NCBI GenBank assembly: GCA_963804995.1
Contig: CAWDSK010000006.1
Location: forward strand, 96,001 to 160,000
Reading direction: 5' to 3'
From: an uncultured Acidobacteriota bacterium
GTDB lineage: Bacteria > Acidobacteriota > Terriglobia > UBA7540
DNA length: 64,000 bases
This document shows positions 21,504 to 31,753 of this stretch, one piece after another (positions within the stretch are counted from its first letter, which is position 1; each line of letters begins with the position of its first letter). Position numbers and translations under genes: made by a program. The notes below the pieces were generated by a model. That model worked only from the letters and a program-made list of their open reading frames with translations, was not told where the DNA came from and made no database searches.

Positions 21504-22859
21504 TTAGGCTTCGCGAGCCGTCCCGCTCGCGTTATCCCAGATCATCTTCTTACCGGAGCGGCAGGAGAGATTCACCATATGGCCTGCCGCCGCGGCGTAG
21601 TGACCCACCTGGGCGTTCTCACTGCATTCTTTCCGGGAGCGGACACACTGCAAGAATTCCAGCAAGTGCAGCACCGTGGCATCTGGCGTTTGGTCTTTGT
21701 AAGTGACCGTTCCCTCCAGGTGGAGTGCTGGATTGGACTCCGCACGGTGATCGCCCATGTCCATGAATTCTTCCTGAAGACTCTTCGGCCAGGAATCGAT
21801 GGCATACCCGTAGCCTTCGCGAGGATTCTCCGGCGCCAAGACGAAACTGCTCCCCATGAGCGAAAGCGATCCCTGGGTGCCCAGGAAGACCATGCCCTGC
21901 TCGGGGGTGCTCGCATTGTTGAAAGTCGCCCCCATGTTAACGTTGAAGCCTTCCGGATATTCAAATAACGCGTCCAGGGTGTCAGGAACTTCACGGCCGT
22001 CGTTGCGATTGAGAATCCGCCCGACCGCCGTCACGCTCAACGGCACCTTGGCATCCATGATGAAGTGAATCGACGTAATAAGATGTACAAATAGGTCGGT
22101 CGATATACCCCCGGAATAATCCCAGTATTTGCGATAGCGGAAGACACGCTCCGGATCATAGGCACACTTCGGCGCATTGCCCAGCCACTCTTCCCAGTTG
22201 AAATTCACTCCATTCTTCAAATCGGGTGGAATGGGATAATTCCAGGCGCCGACGGAGCTGTTGCGGTTGTAAGAAGCAATAATCTTTGTGACCTTTCCCA
22301 GTTGCCCAGAGTCTACAATCTCCCTGGCCTTTTTTTGCAGAGCAGAGGAGCGACCCTGGCTGCCGGTTTGCAGAACTCGGTTGTACCGCCGGACAGCTTC
22401 AATCATCTTGGGGCCGTCCTCGATGCGATGCGTCATGGGCTTTTCGATGTAAACGTCCTTCCCTGCGGAAAGTGCGTCCAGGACGATCGGGAGGTGCCAG
22501 TGATCGGGTGGCGCCACCACGACCGCGTCAACATCCTTGCGCCCGAGCAGGGCTTTGTACTGCGCAAAATGGGTGTCGATCTTGCCGTCGGTACGTTCCT
22601 TGGCGCGTGCTAGATGGCCCTGATAGCAGTCGCTGACGGCCACCAGATTGGCTTGCTCGGTTTTCTTGACTGCTTCCATCAGGATATTCCCGCGGATGCC
22701 GAATCCAATAAAACCAACGTTGACACGGTCACTCGCGCTAGCCGCAGGCGGCAATGGCGCTGCCTCCAGGGGAATCCCTTTCCCGTTCAGCAGCAACCCC
22801 AAACCCGCCGCGCCCACGGTGCTCCGGCGCATAAACTCACGTCTGGAAAATGAAGACAT
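21504..22859 (-). CDS. Tat-exported Gfo/Idh/MocA oxidoreductase
   Basis: SRREF Tat signal; VGFIGFGIRG, PPDHWH, DVYIEKP. Confidence 0.92.
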   Translation of the reverse strand: MSSFSRREFMRRSTVGAAGLGLLLNGKGIPLEAAPLPPAASASDRVNVGFIGFGIRGNILMEAVKKTEQANLVAVSDCYQGHLARAKERTDGKIDTHFAQYKALLGRKDVDAVVVAPPDHWHLPIVLDALSAGKDVYIEKPMTHRIEDGPKMIEAVRRYNRVLQTGSQGRSSALQKKAREIVDSGQLGKVTKIIASYNRNSSVGAWNYPIPPDLKNGVNFNWEEWLGNAPKCAYDPERVFRYRKYWDYSGGISTDLFVHLITSIHFIMDAKVPLSVTAVGRILNRNDGREVPDTLDALFEYPEGFNVNMGATFNNASTPEQGMVFLGTQGSLSLMGSSFVLAPENPREGYGYAIDSWPKSLQEEFMDMGDHRAESNPALHLEGTVTYKDQTPDATVLHLLEFLQCVRSRKECSENAQVGHYAAAAGHMVNLSCRSGKKMIWDNASGTAREA

Positions 22860-23066
22860 AAGACCCTTCCTCCTTGCAAATGCGGCAGGACTCCGGACTG
22901 AAGCTCTGCCCTCCTAACGTCCGGTGGACTGCTAACTCATAACGCTCTCGCAACCCCAGGTCAACGGGAATCTTTCGATGGCCTTCCCGAGTCGCCGGAT
23001 TTCGCAGCGGGAGCTGCACCCAGTCTGCTATCCTCTAAACGATTACCCTGTAGAGGTGATGAACAT

Positions 23067-23930
23067 ATGGCCGAAGAGAAGAAGCCTGGCAATGAGATGC
23101 CGCCCCTTGCCTACCGCAATCTCCGCTTTCTGGAAAGCGCTGATGCGCGCGCACTGCGCATTATCTCCGAATACTTTGATCCGCAGTCCCGCATGCGAAG
23201 GGCGGGAATCCAACACACCGTGGTGATGTTCGGATCGGCGCGCATCCTGCCTCGCGATGTGGCCGTTGAGAAGTTACGCGAACTGGAAACCCGCGGCAAG
23301 GAAGTGTCCATCCCCACGTTGCGTGCGGAGGTCAAACGAGCCCGCATGGACGTCCACATGTCGCGCTATTACGAGGACGCGCGCCAGTTAGCAACCCTGA
23401 TCACTCGATGGGCCGTGACGCTTCACAACAATCCCCGGCTTCTCGTGGTCTGTTCGGGAGGAGGCCCTGGAATCATGGAAGCGGCCAACCGCGGGGCAAG
23501 CGAAGCCGGTGGAAAATCCATGGGGCTCAACATCCATTTACCGATGGAACAGAAACCCAACCCTTACATCTCCCCGGAATTGAACATGCTGTTCCGTTAT
23601 TTCTTCATGCGTAAACTCTGGTTTGCGCAGCCGGCTCAAGCTCTGATTGTCTTTCCGGGTGGCTTCGGTACGTTGGATGAAATGTTTGAGTTCCTCACCT
23701 TGATCCAGACCCACAAGATGGGACATCGGGTGACGATCCTCCTCTATGGCTCGAAGTTCTGGAAGCGCGCCGTCAACTTCGGTTGGCTGCTCGAGGCGGG
23801 GACCATCAGCAAAGAGGATCTGGAATTGATACGCTTTGTCGATTCTCCCTCGCAAGCTTTTGAGATTCTGAAGAACGAACTAGGCCCTCGCCTCGGCGTG
23901 CGACCGGTCATCAAACATCCTTTTGTGTAA
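23067..23930 (+). CDS. LOG/SLOG-family nucleotide monophosphate nucleosidase (TIGR00730-like)
   Basis: FGSAR, SGGGPGIMEAAN, YFFMRK, FPGGFGTLDE. Confidence 0.93.
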   Translation: MAEEKKPGNEMPPLAYRNLRFLESADARALRIISEYFDPQSRMRRAGIQHTVVMFGSARILPRDVAVEKLRELETRGKEVSIPTLRAEVKRARMDVHMSRYYEDARQLATLITRWAVTLHNNPRLLVVCSGGGPGIMEAANRGASEAGGKSMGLNIHLPMEQKPNPYISPELNMLFRYFFMRKLWFAQPAQALIVFPGGFGTLDEMFEFLTLIQTHKMGHRVTILLYGSKFWKRAVNFGWLLEAGTISKEDLELIRFVDSPSQAFEILKNELGPRLGVRPVIKHPFV

Positions 23931-23994
23931 CTGTCGAAGAGTTATAATTCCAGACGGACGAGAGGATTCTTGCAGTTCGTCTCCGGAGGTGCTT

Positions 23995-25521
23995 ATGCAA
24001 TTCCTCAAGGAAAGCATGCTCGAACTTATCATTCAGACCTCTACAAACCTTCCTCCAGACGTGCGCCAAGCCATGGCCTGGGCGCTGAAAACAGAGAATC
24101 CCCAATCGCAAGCTGGGCAAGCGCTGGCCATAATCGGTGAGAACATTGACATGGCCCACCAGGACGAAGGCGCCATTTGCCAGGACACGGGCATGCTGAC
24201 CTTCGAGATCAAAACCCCCGTCGGAGTCAACCAGATTTCGATGAGAAAGCAGGCACTGGAAGCGGTTGCTGAGGCCACCAAGCGTGGCAAGTTGCGGCCG
24301 AATTCCGTGGACTCGATTACGGGCAAGAACAGTGGCGATAACCTGGGACCAGGAACGCCGATCTTCCATTTCGAACAATGGGAAAGACCGGAAGTGGAGG
24401 TTCGTCTCATCCTCAAAGGCGGTGGTTGCGAGAACAAGAATATCCAGTACTCAGTCCCCTGCGAGCTTGAACATTTAGGACGCGCGGACCGGGACCTGGA
24501 GGGAGTTAAGAAATGCCTCCTCCACGCAGTTTGGCAAGCCCAAGGCCAGGGTTGCGCGCCGGGGGCGATCGGCGTCTGCATCGGCAGCGATCGTGCGGGC
24601 GGATATCACCACGCCAAGCTGCAGCTCTTTCGTTCCCTCGACGACACGAACCCTGATCTGGTTCTGGCCAGGCTCGAAGAAGAGGTCATGGAACAAGCCA
24701 ATAAGCTGGGCGTAGGGGCCATGGGCTTCGGCGGCTCAAGCTCGCTGATCGGCTGCAAGATCACTGCGGCAAACCGGCTGCCTGCCAGCTTCTTTGTCAG
24801 CGTGGCTTACGACTGCTGGGCCTTCCGCCGCTTGGGAGTTATGCTGGACGCCGAAACCGGCGCCATTACTAAATGGTTGTATCGCGATCCCAGCCGACCC
24901 GTCGAACGCCTGATCGCTTTGGGAACGGGTTTCCAATTGTCCGGCCGCGAGGTGCGGCTCGAACCGCCGCTCAGCGAGGAAAAAGTTCGCGCCCTGAGGG
25001 TCGGCGACGTGGTGTTGATCAATGGCCCTATGGTCACCGGCCGCGACGCTGCGCATCACTACCTGATGCATCACGAGGCCCCTTACAACATGCAGGGTGC
25101 AATCCTCTATCATTGCGGCCCCGTGATGCTTAAGGAAGGTGACCAATGGCGAACCAAAGCCGCCGGCCCCACCACCAGCATCCGCGAGGAACCATACGAA
25201 GCTGACATCATCCGGCGCTTCGGAATTCGTGCCGTGATGGGCAAGGGAGGGATGGGCAAGAAAACCCTTGCTGCGCTGAAGGAATTTGGTGCCGTTTATC
25301 TCCACGCCATTGGTGGCGCCGCGCAGTTTTACGCCCGCTGCCTACCCAAAGTCCATGCGGTTTACCTGCTCGAGGAAATCGGTGTTCCCGAAGCTATGTG
25401 GGTCTTCGAAGCGCGCAACTTCCCCGCCATCGTGACCATGGATTCGCACGGGAGTTCTCTCCATGAGGAAGTTTCCACCACAACGGGAAGTGCACTCGAA
25501 AAGATGGGGGCAGGCCGTTAG
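23995..25521 (+). CDS. Class I (Fe-S) fumarate hydratase, fused alpha/beta form
   Basis: ICQDTG, LKGGGCEN, GRDAAH, AGPTTS, GKGGMG. Confidence 0.92.
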   Translation: MQFLKESMLELIIQTSTNLPPDVRQAMAWALKTENPQSQAGQALAIIGENIDMAHQDEGAICQDTGMLTFEIKTPVGVNQISMRKQALEAVAEATKRGKLRPNSVDSITGKNSGDNLGPGTPIFHFEQWERPEVEVRLILKGGGCENKNIQYSVPCELEHLGRADRDLEGVKKCLLHAVWQAQGQGCAPGAIGVCIGSDRAGGYHHAKLQLFRSLDDTNPDLVLARLEEEVMEQANKLGVGAMGFGGSSSLIGCKITAANRLPASFFVSVAYDCWAFRRLGVMLDAETGAITKWLYRDPSRPVERLIALGTGFQLSGREVRLEPPLSEEKVRALRVGDVVLINGPMVTGRDAAHHYLMHHEAPYNMQGAILYHCGPVMLKEGDQWRTKAAGPTTSIREEPYEADIIRRFGIRAVMGKGGMGKKTLAALKEFGAVYLHAIGGAAQFYARCLPKVHAVYLLEEIGVPEAMWVFEARNFPAIVTMDSHGSSLHEEVSTTTGSALEKMGAGR

Positions 25522-25846
25522 CTGCGTCCAGCCATCCAGTAAGTATAAGGAATTAGGCAAGAAGCGGGAAACGCTACAACCCATAATCTAGCTTTTCAAA
25601 AGTCGGCGTGCTGTGACCCACCTGCGCAGAGACCCACGCGCACCCCAATTAGATAAGGGCGTCCGCGAAAAATACGAATATGACCCCATCGAGCATTCCG
25701 GCCCTCAGGCCCAGAGGCAAACGTCCTGTATTCGGCTGTGCCTTGGCTCGATCCTTCAAGTCAACCTCCAAGTCAAAACTAGACAACCTCCAGACCTCAT
25801 GCGAGAATTCAATTCATCGGGGGCAAAATCCAAGAGTGAGGTTTGG

Positions 25847-27256
25847 ATGTATTTCCAACAGTTCTATCTGTCTTGTCTAGCACATGCCTCTTACATGATC
25901 GCCTCGGAGGGTATCGCGGCCGTCGTTGACCCGCAGCGAAACGTGGCGATCTACGTGGAAGAGGCGCAGAAGCACAACCTCAGGATTGAGCACATCATCG
26001 AAACTCACTTGCACGCCGATTTCGTCTCCGGCCATCAGGAGCTCGCCGCTTCGACGGGTGCAACGATTCATCTGAGCGCACGAGCGGGAGCGCAATTCCC
26101 CCACCACGACGTCCGCGACTGCGACGAAATTCGCTTTGGTCGATGCGTACTGCGGATCCTCGAGACGCCCGGCCACAGCGCTGATAGTATTTGCGTCCTG
26201 GTCACAGACCTCAACCGCTCCGCGCAACCTTGGGCTGCGCTCACCGGCGATACGCTGTTCATCGGAGAAGTTGGCCGGCCTGATCTTTCCCCCGACCACA
26301 GCGCGGAAGAACTCGCCTCGATGCTTTACGACAGCCTACACGCAAAACTTCTGAAGTTACCTGATGCGGTGGAGATTTATCCTGCTCACGGGGCCGGCTC
26401 GCTGTGTGGCCGTAACATCAGCCCCGAACGCCACTCGACCGTCGGTAAAGAGCGTGCCTTTAATTATGCGCTGCGACCCATGGCCCGCCAGGATTTCATC
26501 CGGTTGATGGTCACGGACCTGCCCGAGCGGCCGGAGTATTTTTTCCGTGACAAGGAAATCAACCGCGCCGGCGCTCCCGCCGTTTCGGACCTACCCAACT
26601 TCCCGGCCCTTTCTGCCCAGGAGGTCGCGAGATGGCAAGCCCAAAATGCCGTCGTCCTCGACACTCGACCGGCCGCTCAGTTTGGCGCCGGGCATCTTCC
26701 CGGCTCGATCCACATCGCACTCTGCGGCCAGTACGCTTCCTGGGCGGGGACGCTGTTGGGACTTGAAACTCCCGTAGTTCTGGTTGCCGAGGATGCGGGA
26801 CGCGCCGAGGAATCGCGAGTGCGCCTGGCGCGAGTGGGGCTCGATAAAACTGTGGGATATCTCCAGGACGGGGTGCGCGTCTGGCAGCAAGCGGGGTTGC
26901 CCCTTGAGGAAGTTCCGCAGATCTCAGTCTTGCAGCTTTACGAGGAGCTCCGCGATCAACCCGGCGCCTTGCAGGTGATCGACGTGCGCAGGCCCAGCGA
27001 GTGGGCAGCCGGGCACCTCGAAGTCGCCCAACTCAAACCGCTGCACAAACTCAACTCGTTGCTGGATGATTTAAGCCCGCAGAAACCCATCGCGGTGCAC
27101 TGTCAGAGCGGGTACCGCTCCTCCATTGCCACCAGCCTTCTCCAACGCGCAGGCTTCAAACAGGTAATGAATGTGGTGGGCGGGTTCGACGCATGGAGGG
27201 CCCACGAGCTGCACGCTGTCACCGACCAGCCGCAAACACAATCTATAACCGGCTAA
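25847..27256 (+). CDS. MBL-fold hydrolase (persulfide dioxygenase-like) fused to two rhodanese domains
   Basis: ETHLHADFVSG, TPGH, TGDTLF, PAHGAGSLCG; rhodanese active loop VHCQSGYRS. Confidence 0.92.
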   Translation: MYFQQFYLSCLAHASYMIASEGIAAVVDPQRNVAIYVEEAQKHNLRIEHIIETHLHADFVSGHQELAASTGATIHLSARAGAQFPHHDVRDCDEIRFGRCVLRILETPGHSADSICVLVTDLNRSAQPWAALTGDTLFIGEVGRPDLSPDHSAEELASMLYDSLHAKLLKLPDAVEIYPAHGAGSLCGRNISPERHSTVGKERAFNYALRPMARQDFIRLMVTDLPERPEYFFRDKEINRAGAPAVSDLPNFPALSAQEVARWQAQNAVVLDTRPAAQFGAGHLPGSIHIALCGQYASWAGTLLGLETPVVLVAEDAGRAEESRVRLARVGLDKTVGYLQDGVRVWQQAGLPLEEVPQISVLQLYEELRDQPGALQVIDVRRPSEWAAGHLEVAQLKPLHKLNSLLDDLSPQKPIAVHCQSGYRSSIATSLLQRAGFKQVMNVVGGFDAWRAHELHAVTDQPQTQSITG

Positions 27257-27319
27257 AGGAATTAACTGCCAAGTTAAATATTAGGCCACTGGCCGCAATT
27301 TGGCCGGGATTCATCACGC

Positions 27320-28378
27320 TCACTCTGCGTGGAGCAAGCTGGACTTCCCTTCCGCCAACATTGGTTTGTTGGGACGTTCCGCGGGAGGGGCGAGGACAGC
27401 TTGAAAACTGGAATTGATGTTGATGGGGACCGGAATCACATTCACGATATGTTTATCTTGCACCATCACCTTCAGCATCAGGCCATGGTGCGTGGCAGGA
27501 TTCTTCTGGTCGAAAACAAAATTCCCGAGGCTGTAGGCGATCCAACGGTTGTGGTAGACCTCAACCAGTTGAACAACATGAGGATGGCTGCCCACCACCA
27601 TGTCCGCGCCCGCATCGATCATCTGGTGGGCGAGTTCTGTTTGATCACGCGTCGGCTTCAAAGCATATTCGACGCCCCAGTGCGGGCACACGATCACGAG
27701 GTCGGCAAGAGGGCGCGCAAAGCGGATGTCGGCCAGCACCTGCGCGGGCTCCAGCCACGCTACACCCGGCCGGTCGACACCCGCCCTCGCCTCTTTGGGG
27801 TCCACATCCACGTAGGCAAGGAAGGCAAGGCGCAAGCCACCCACTGTCACTAGCACGGGGTAGTGCGCCGCCAAGCTGTTCAGGCCCGCGCCCACCGGGT
27901 GAATGCCTTCCCCACGCAAGCGCTCCAGGCTATCCAGTAACGCCTCCGGGCCCCAATCATAGGAGTGATTGTTGGCCTGGGAGACAACGTTAAAACCTGC
28001 AGTTTTCAGCCCCTCAAGCGCCCGGGGATCAGCGCGGAAGGAATAGAGATGATGCAGATTTCGGCCACGGTCAGAGACTGGACACTCCAGGTTGCAGAAT
28101 CGCAGGTCGGCGTCGAGTAGCGTGTCGGCAATAACCTCAAAAGGCTGCTTCCAGTCGCGCTGAGTTTCCATACGGGAGCCCACAGCGCGCGAAAGCATCA
28201 CATCGCCCACAAAAAGTATAGTGTGCTCACGCTTTTCTGTTGACGCCGCATAGGCTGGGGAAGAGGGCGGCCGGGATGAGAGATCCTGCGGCGGCGACAA
28301 CGGGCTCAAAACACACCACCCCGCGAGCGACATCAACGCGAAGAAACCCATCCGAAGCCTACGATTCATACCATTCAT
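27320..28378 (-). CDS. CapA/PgsA-family metallophosphatase
   Basis: VGDVM, NLECP, ANNHSYDWG, HWGVEY, GSHPHV, YSLGNFVFDQ. Confidence 0.93.
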   Translation of the reverse strand: MNGMNRRLRMGFFALMSLAGWCVLSPLSPPQDLSSRPPSSPAYAASTEKREHTILFVGDVMLSRAVGSRMETQRDWKQPFEVIADTLLDADLRFCNLECPVSDRGRNLHHLYSFRADPRALEGLKTAGFNVVSQANNHSYDWGPEALLDSLERLRGEGIHPVGAGLNSLAAHYPVLVTVGGLRLAFLAYVDVDPKEARAGVDRPGVAWLEPAQVLADIRFARPLADLVIVCPHWGVEYALKPTRDQTELAHQMIDAGADMVVGSHPHVVQLVEVYHNRWIAYSLGNFVFDQKNPATHHGLMLKVMVQDKHIVNVIPVPININSSFQAVLAPPAERPNKPMLAEGKSSLLHAE

Positions 28379-28432
28379 CCACGAGGCCAGTTTATTTACA
28401 AAGCCTCCGGTCCCGGACCTCAGGGTTAACTG

Positions 28433-28954
28433 CTATTTCAGGTTCTCAGGGATCAGGAATTCCACCAGCACCAAATCGTGCCACTCCCCGCCCAATTTGC
28501 CATGCCGCTCGTGCACGCCCACTTCTTTCCAGCCCGTCAATTGGCAGAGCTTCCGCGCACCCTCATTCACCGCCATGATACGCCCAATGATCTTATAGAA
28601 GCCCTTCTCGCGGGCGATGTTCTGCATGGCCTTCATGAGCTCCTGCGCCACGCCGTGGCCCCGCAGGCTGCGCTCTATATAAATCGAAAGTTCCGCGATG
28701 CCATCATAGCAATGTCGGGGGCTGTAGGGGTAAAGAGCCGACCAGCCCATCAGCGTATGCTTGACCTCCGCCACTAACACCGGGTATTTGTCAGGCCGCG
28801 CCGTGAGCCACAAATATCGCTCTTCAGGCGTCACATAGGCATTCTCGAAAGTCGCCGCACGGTCTTGCACACCCTGGTTGTAAATGCGGGCAATTTCTTT
28901 GGCGTCGTCAACTCGTGCGGCACGAATCTTCAGGGGACCACTCCACTCCGTCAT
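28433..28954 (-). CDS. GNAT N-acetyltransferase, phosphinothricin/arsinothricin acetyltransferase-like
   Basis: IARIYNQG...ATFE, ELSIYI...RGHGV, VGVHERHGKLGGEWHD. Confidence 0.85.
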   Translation of the reverse strand: MTEWSGPLKIRAARVDDAKEIARIYNQGVQDRAATFENAYVTPEERYLWLTARPDKYPVLVAEVKHTLMGWSALYPYSPRHCYDGIAELSIYIERSLRGHGVAQELMKAMQNIAREKGFYKIIGRIMAVNEGARKLCQLTGWKEVGVHERHGKLGGEWHDLVLVEFLIPENLK

Positions 28955-29237
28955 GGAACCCTACCTTGAATGAGAATTGATCGCGGATGGCGATTCTAAC
29001 CCGACACCGCTGAGAGCGCAAATTGTGGATGAAGGTGATGAATCGAAGGGGGAATGCAGATCAACCCACGGCAGGACGGCGCAGCCAATATCGCATTGTC
29101 AAAGCAGGCGCTGCCTTATGGTCGCGGGCTATTGCCCCCAAGCGTGACCGGTCAACAAACCAATGCCTGCGCGCATAACCTGGCTTGACTTTTGCCCCAA
29201 GGGAAGATATTCTGAAGGCGAATAAAAGGCGAACAGA

Positions 29238-30176
29238 ATGCAAAAGCCTTCCGCCGGCAAGATACTCGTGGGCCCCGCTGGTTGGTCCTATGCCGACTGG
29301 GAAGGAATCGTCTATCCCCACAGCAAGCCGCGCGGCTTCCATGAAGCTGCCTACCTGGCGCAGTATTTCGATACGATCGAAATCAACACGTCCTTTTACA
29401 ATCCCCCACGCGCCGAAGTCGTGCAGTCTTGGGTCGACAAGGTTCAGGACAACCCTTCCTTCAAATTCACAGCCAAGCTCTGGAAGCGTTTCACCCACGA
29501 GCGCAACGCCAATCTCCAGGAGGAGAGAACCTTCAAGAAGGCACTCGAACCCTTGTTGGCCTCAGGCCGATTGGGGGCCCTGCTTCTACAATTCCCATGG
29601 TCGTTCAAGAACACCCGCGAGAATCATGAATACCTGAGTGGCCTTTTCATGCAGTTCATGGAATACCCGCTGGTCGTTGAGATACGGCATAGCTCGTGGA
29701 ACCAAGTGCAGATTCTGGAGTGGCTGCGCGAACTGGGTGTGGGTTTCTGCAATATCGACCAACCCGTCATCGGGCTCTCCCTCGCGCCAAGCGACCATGT
29801 AACCACGCCCGTCGGCTATGTGCGGCTGCACGGGCGAAACTATGAACACTGGTTTACTTCGAGCGAACATCCCGAAGAACGCTACAACTACCTTTACAGC
29901 CTGGAGGAGCTCAAACCCTGGGCTGAGCGTATCGCCAATATCGCTCGCCATGCGGATATTACCTTCGTCATTACCAACAATCATTATCAGGGAAAAGCCA
30001 TTGTGAACGCCTTCGAACTTGTCAGCCTCTTGCGCGGCCAGCCCGTGCGGATCCCTGAGAATTTGCGCGAACGATATCCCGAACTTGTTGAGATAGCCCT
30101 TCCTGCAACAGAACCCTCGGCGCCCAAGCAAGGTGACTTTCTTTTTGAGAACTCTCCTGCTGAGAAGAATAATTGA
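29238..30176 (+). CDS. DUF72-family protein
   Basis: GPAGWSYADW, EINTSFY, LLQFP, VEIRH, YVRLHGR, YLYS..EL..W. Confidence 0.92.
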   Translation: MQKPSAGKILVGPAGWSYADWEGIVYPHSKPRGFHEAAYLAQYFDTIEINTSFYNPPRAEVVQSWVDKVQDNPSFKFTAKLWKRFTHERNANLQEERTFKKALEPLLASGRLGALLLQFPWSFKNTRENHEYLSGLFMQFMEYPLVVEIRHSSWNQVQILEWLRELGVGFCNIDQPVIGLSLAPSDHVTTPVGYVRLHGRNYEHWFTSSEHPEERYNYLYSLEELKPWAERIANIARHADITFVITNNHYQGKAIVNAFELVSLLRGQPVRIPENLRERYPELVEIALPATEPSAPKQGDFLFENSPAEKNN

Positions 30177-30296
30177 CAGTATGAAAGCGCCGCTGCTAGC
30201 ATGAAAAGGTTTCGGACTGCAGCGACAACCCGCTGGGGCGTGCGTGGAGAAAAGTCGCTCACGCGCGCGAGGCTTGGTTCACAACTTACCCGCTGA

Positions 30297-30374
30297 GTCC
30301 CCGTCGTCTAGCCCGGCCTAGGACATCGCCCTTTCACGGCGGTAACACGGGTTCAAATCCCGTCGGGGACGCCA
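30297..30374 (+). tRNA. tRNA-Glu(TTC)
   Basis: Acceptor GTCCCCG/CGGGGAC, anticodon arm TCGCC-CTTTCAC-GGCGG, GGTTCAAATCC, encoded CCA. Confidence 0.97.
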
Positions 30375-30580
30375 CTTTCAAATCAATAGCTTGCGGACGT
30401 TGCGCGCGTCTGTCATGGGCTCAAAAGGGAATTACGGGCGGCGCACTTGTATCCGACTTTGTACCCGCGGCAGACGGAGCATTTTCCGCCTGAGTTTTGC
30501 CATACGCATGGGGACTACTGAGGAGCAATTTCCTCGAACGCTGTTGGGGGGGATCTGGCCCGGAATCCGCGCTCCGGTGG

Positions 30581-31746
30581 CTAAATTTTACGCAGGGCGC
30601 GCTCGAATCCGGGTAGAGCGCGTTCAATGGTTTGGCGAGGAATCGTGAGCGACAGGCGAAAGTGTCCGGCCCGCCCAAAACCCGAGCCTGGCACGGCCAG
30701 GATGCCCTCGTCCATCAGGCTGCGCACAAAGGCCAAGTCGTCAGGTATTGGCGCCTTGGGGAACATATAAAAGGTTCCTTGAGGTTTTGTGACCTCGTAA
30801 CCGAACCGCCTTAAGCCTTCCCAGAGCAGATCTCTTTTTCCTGGTAGGGGCGCGGATCAATCTGGAGATCGGCGACCTCAGCAATAACCCATTGCCAGAT
30901 AGCAGGAGCATTGATAAAACCCAGAATCCGGTTGGCGAAGGTGCAGGCGTCGCGTAGCGCCTGCAGTTCCTGCAGGCAAGGCGAAAGGGCCAGATAACCG
31001 ATTCGCTCCCCGGGAATGGCCAGGGCTTTCGACCATGAATAGGCAAGCACGGTGCGGCGAATGAGCGAGGGAATCACGGGCAGCGTCCGCCCATCAAAGA
31101 TCAGGGATTTATACGGCTCGTCGACGATGACCGTTACGGGGTGATCCAGACCGGAAATCAAACCTTCCAAGTCCAGCAGGAATTCGCGGGAGTAGACCAC
31201 GCCCGTCGGATTATTGGGCGAATTGAGGATGATCGCCTTGGTGCGGGGGGTGATAACGGCGGCGATGCGCCCGATGTCGGGTTGGAACTTATCATCCGTC
31301 TCGACCAGCACCATGCGGCCGGCATGATTCTCAATGTAAAACTGATATTCGGGAAAGAAGGGGACCAGGATGATGACCTCGTCGCCGGGATCGAGCAGCG
31401 CCTTGAGCACCACGTTGATGGCGCCCGCTGCTCCGACCGACATGAGGATGTGATCTGCGGTGTATGCCAGCCCCGTCTGCCCGGAGAGTTGCCGAGCAAT
31501 GACTTCCCGCACCGCGCTGAAGCCCGCATTAGGCATGTAGGCGTGGCTGCGGGGCCGATTGCTATCGACAACCCGGCGCAATGCCGAGATCACCTCTTGC
31601 GGTGGTTCGCCGTCGGGATTCCCCAAGGTGAAATCAAAAACGTTCTCTTCCCCGCGCTCCCGCTTCATCCGGGCGCCAATTTCGAACATGCGCCGAATCC
31701 AGGAGGCGTGTTCCATCTGTTCCGCAATAGTTTTGCCTATACTCAT
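30581..31746 (-). CDS. PLP-dependent class I/II aminotransferase, frameshifted in an A-run near 30835
   Basis: NSPNNPTG, DEPY, SWSKALAIPGERIG. Adding one A gives QEKRDLLWEGLRRFGYEVTKPQGTFYMFPK, joining ORF 30581-30766. Confidence 0.9.
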
Positions 31747-31753
31747 TGCATAT

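Noticed and set aside
19635..23930. Sirtuin fragment and LOG gene as Thoeris ThsA parts
   Set aside because: Both are housekeeping-type (CobB, TIGR00730), unlinked to each other and over 30 kb from the TIR gene.
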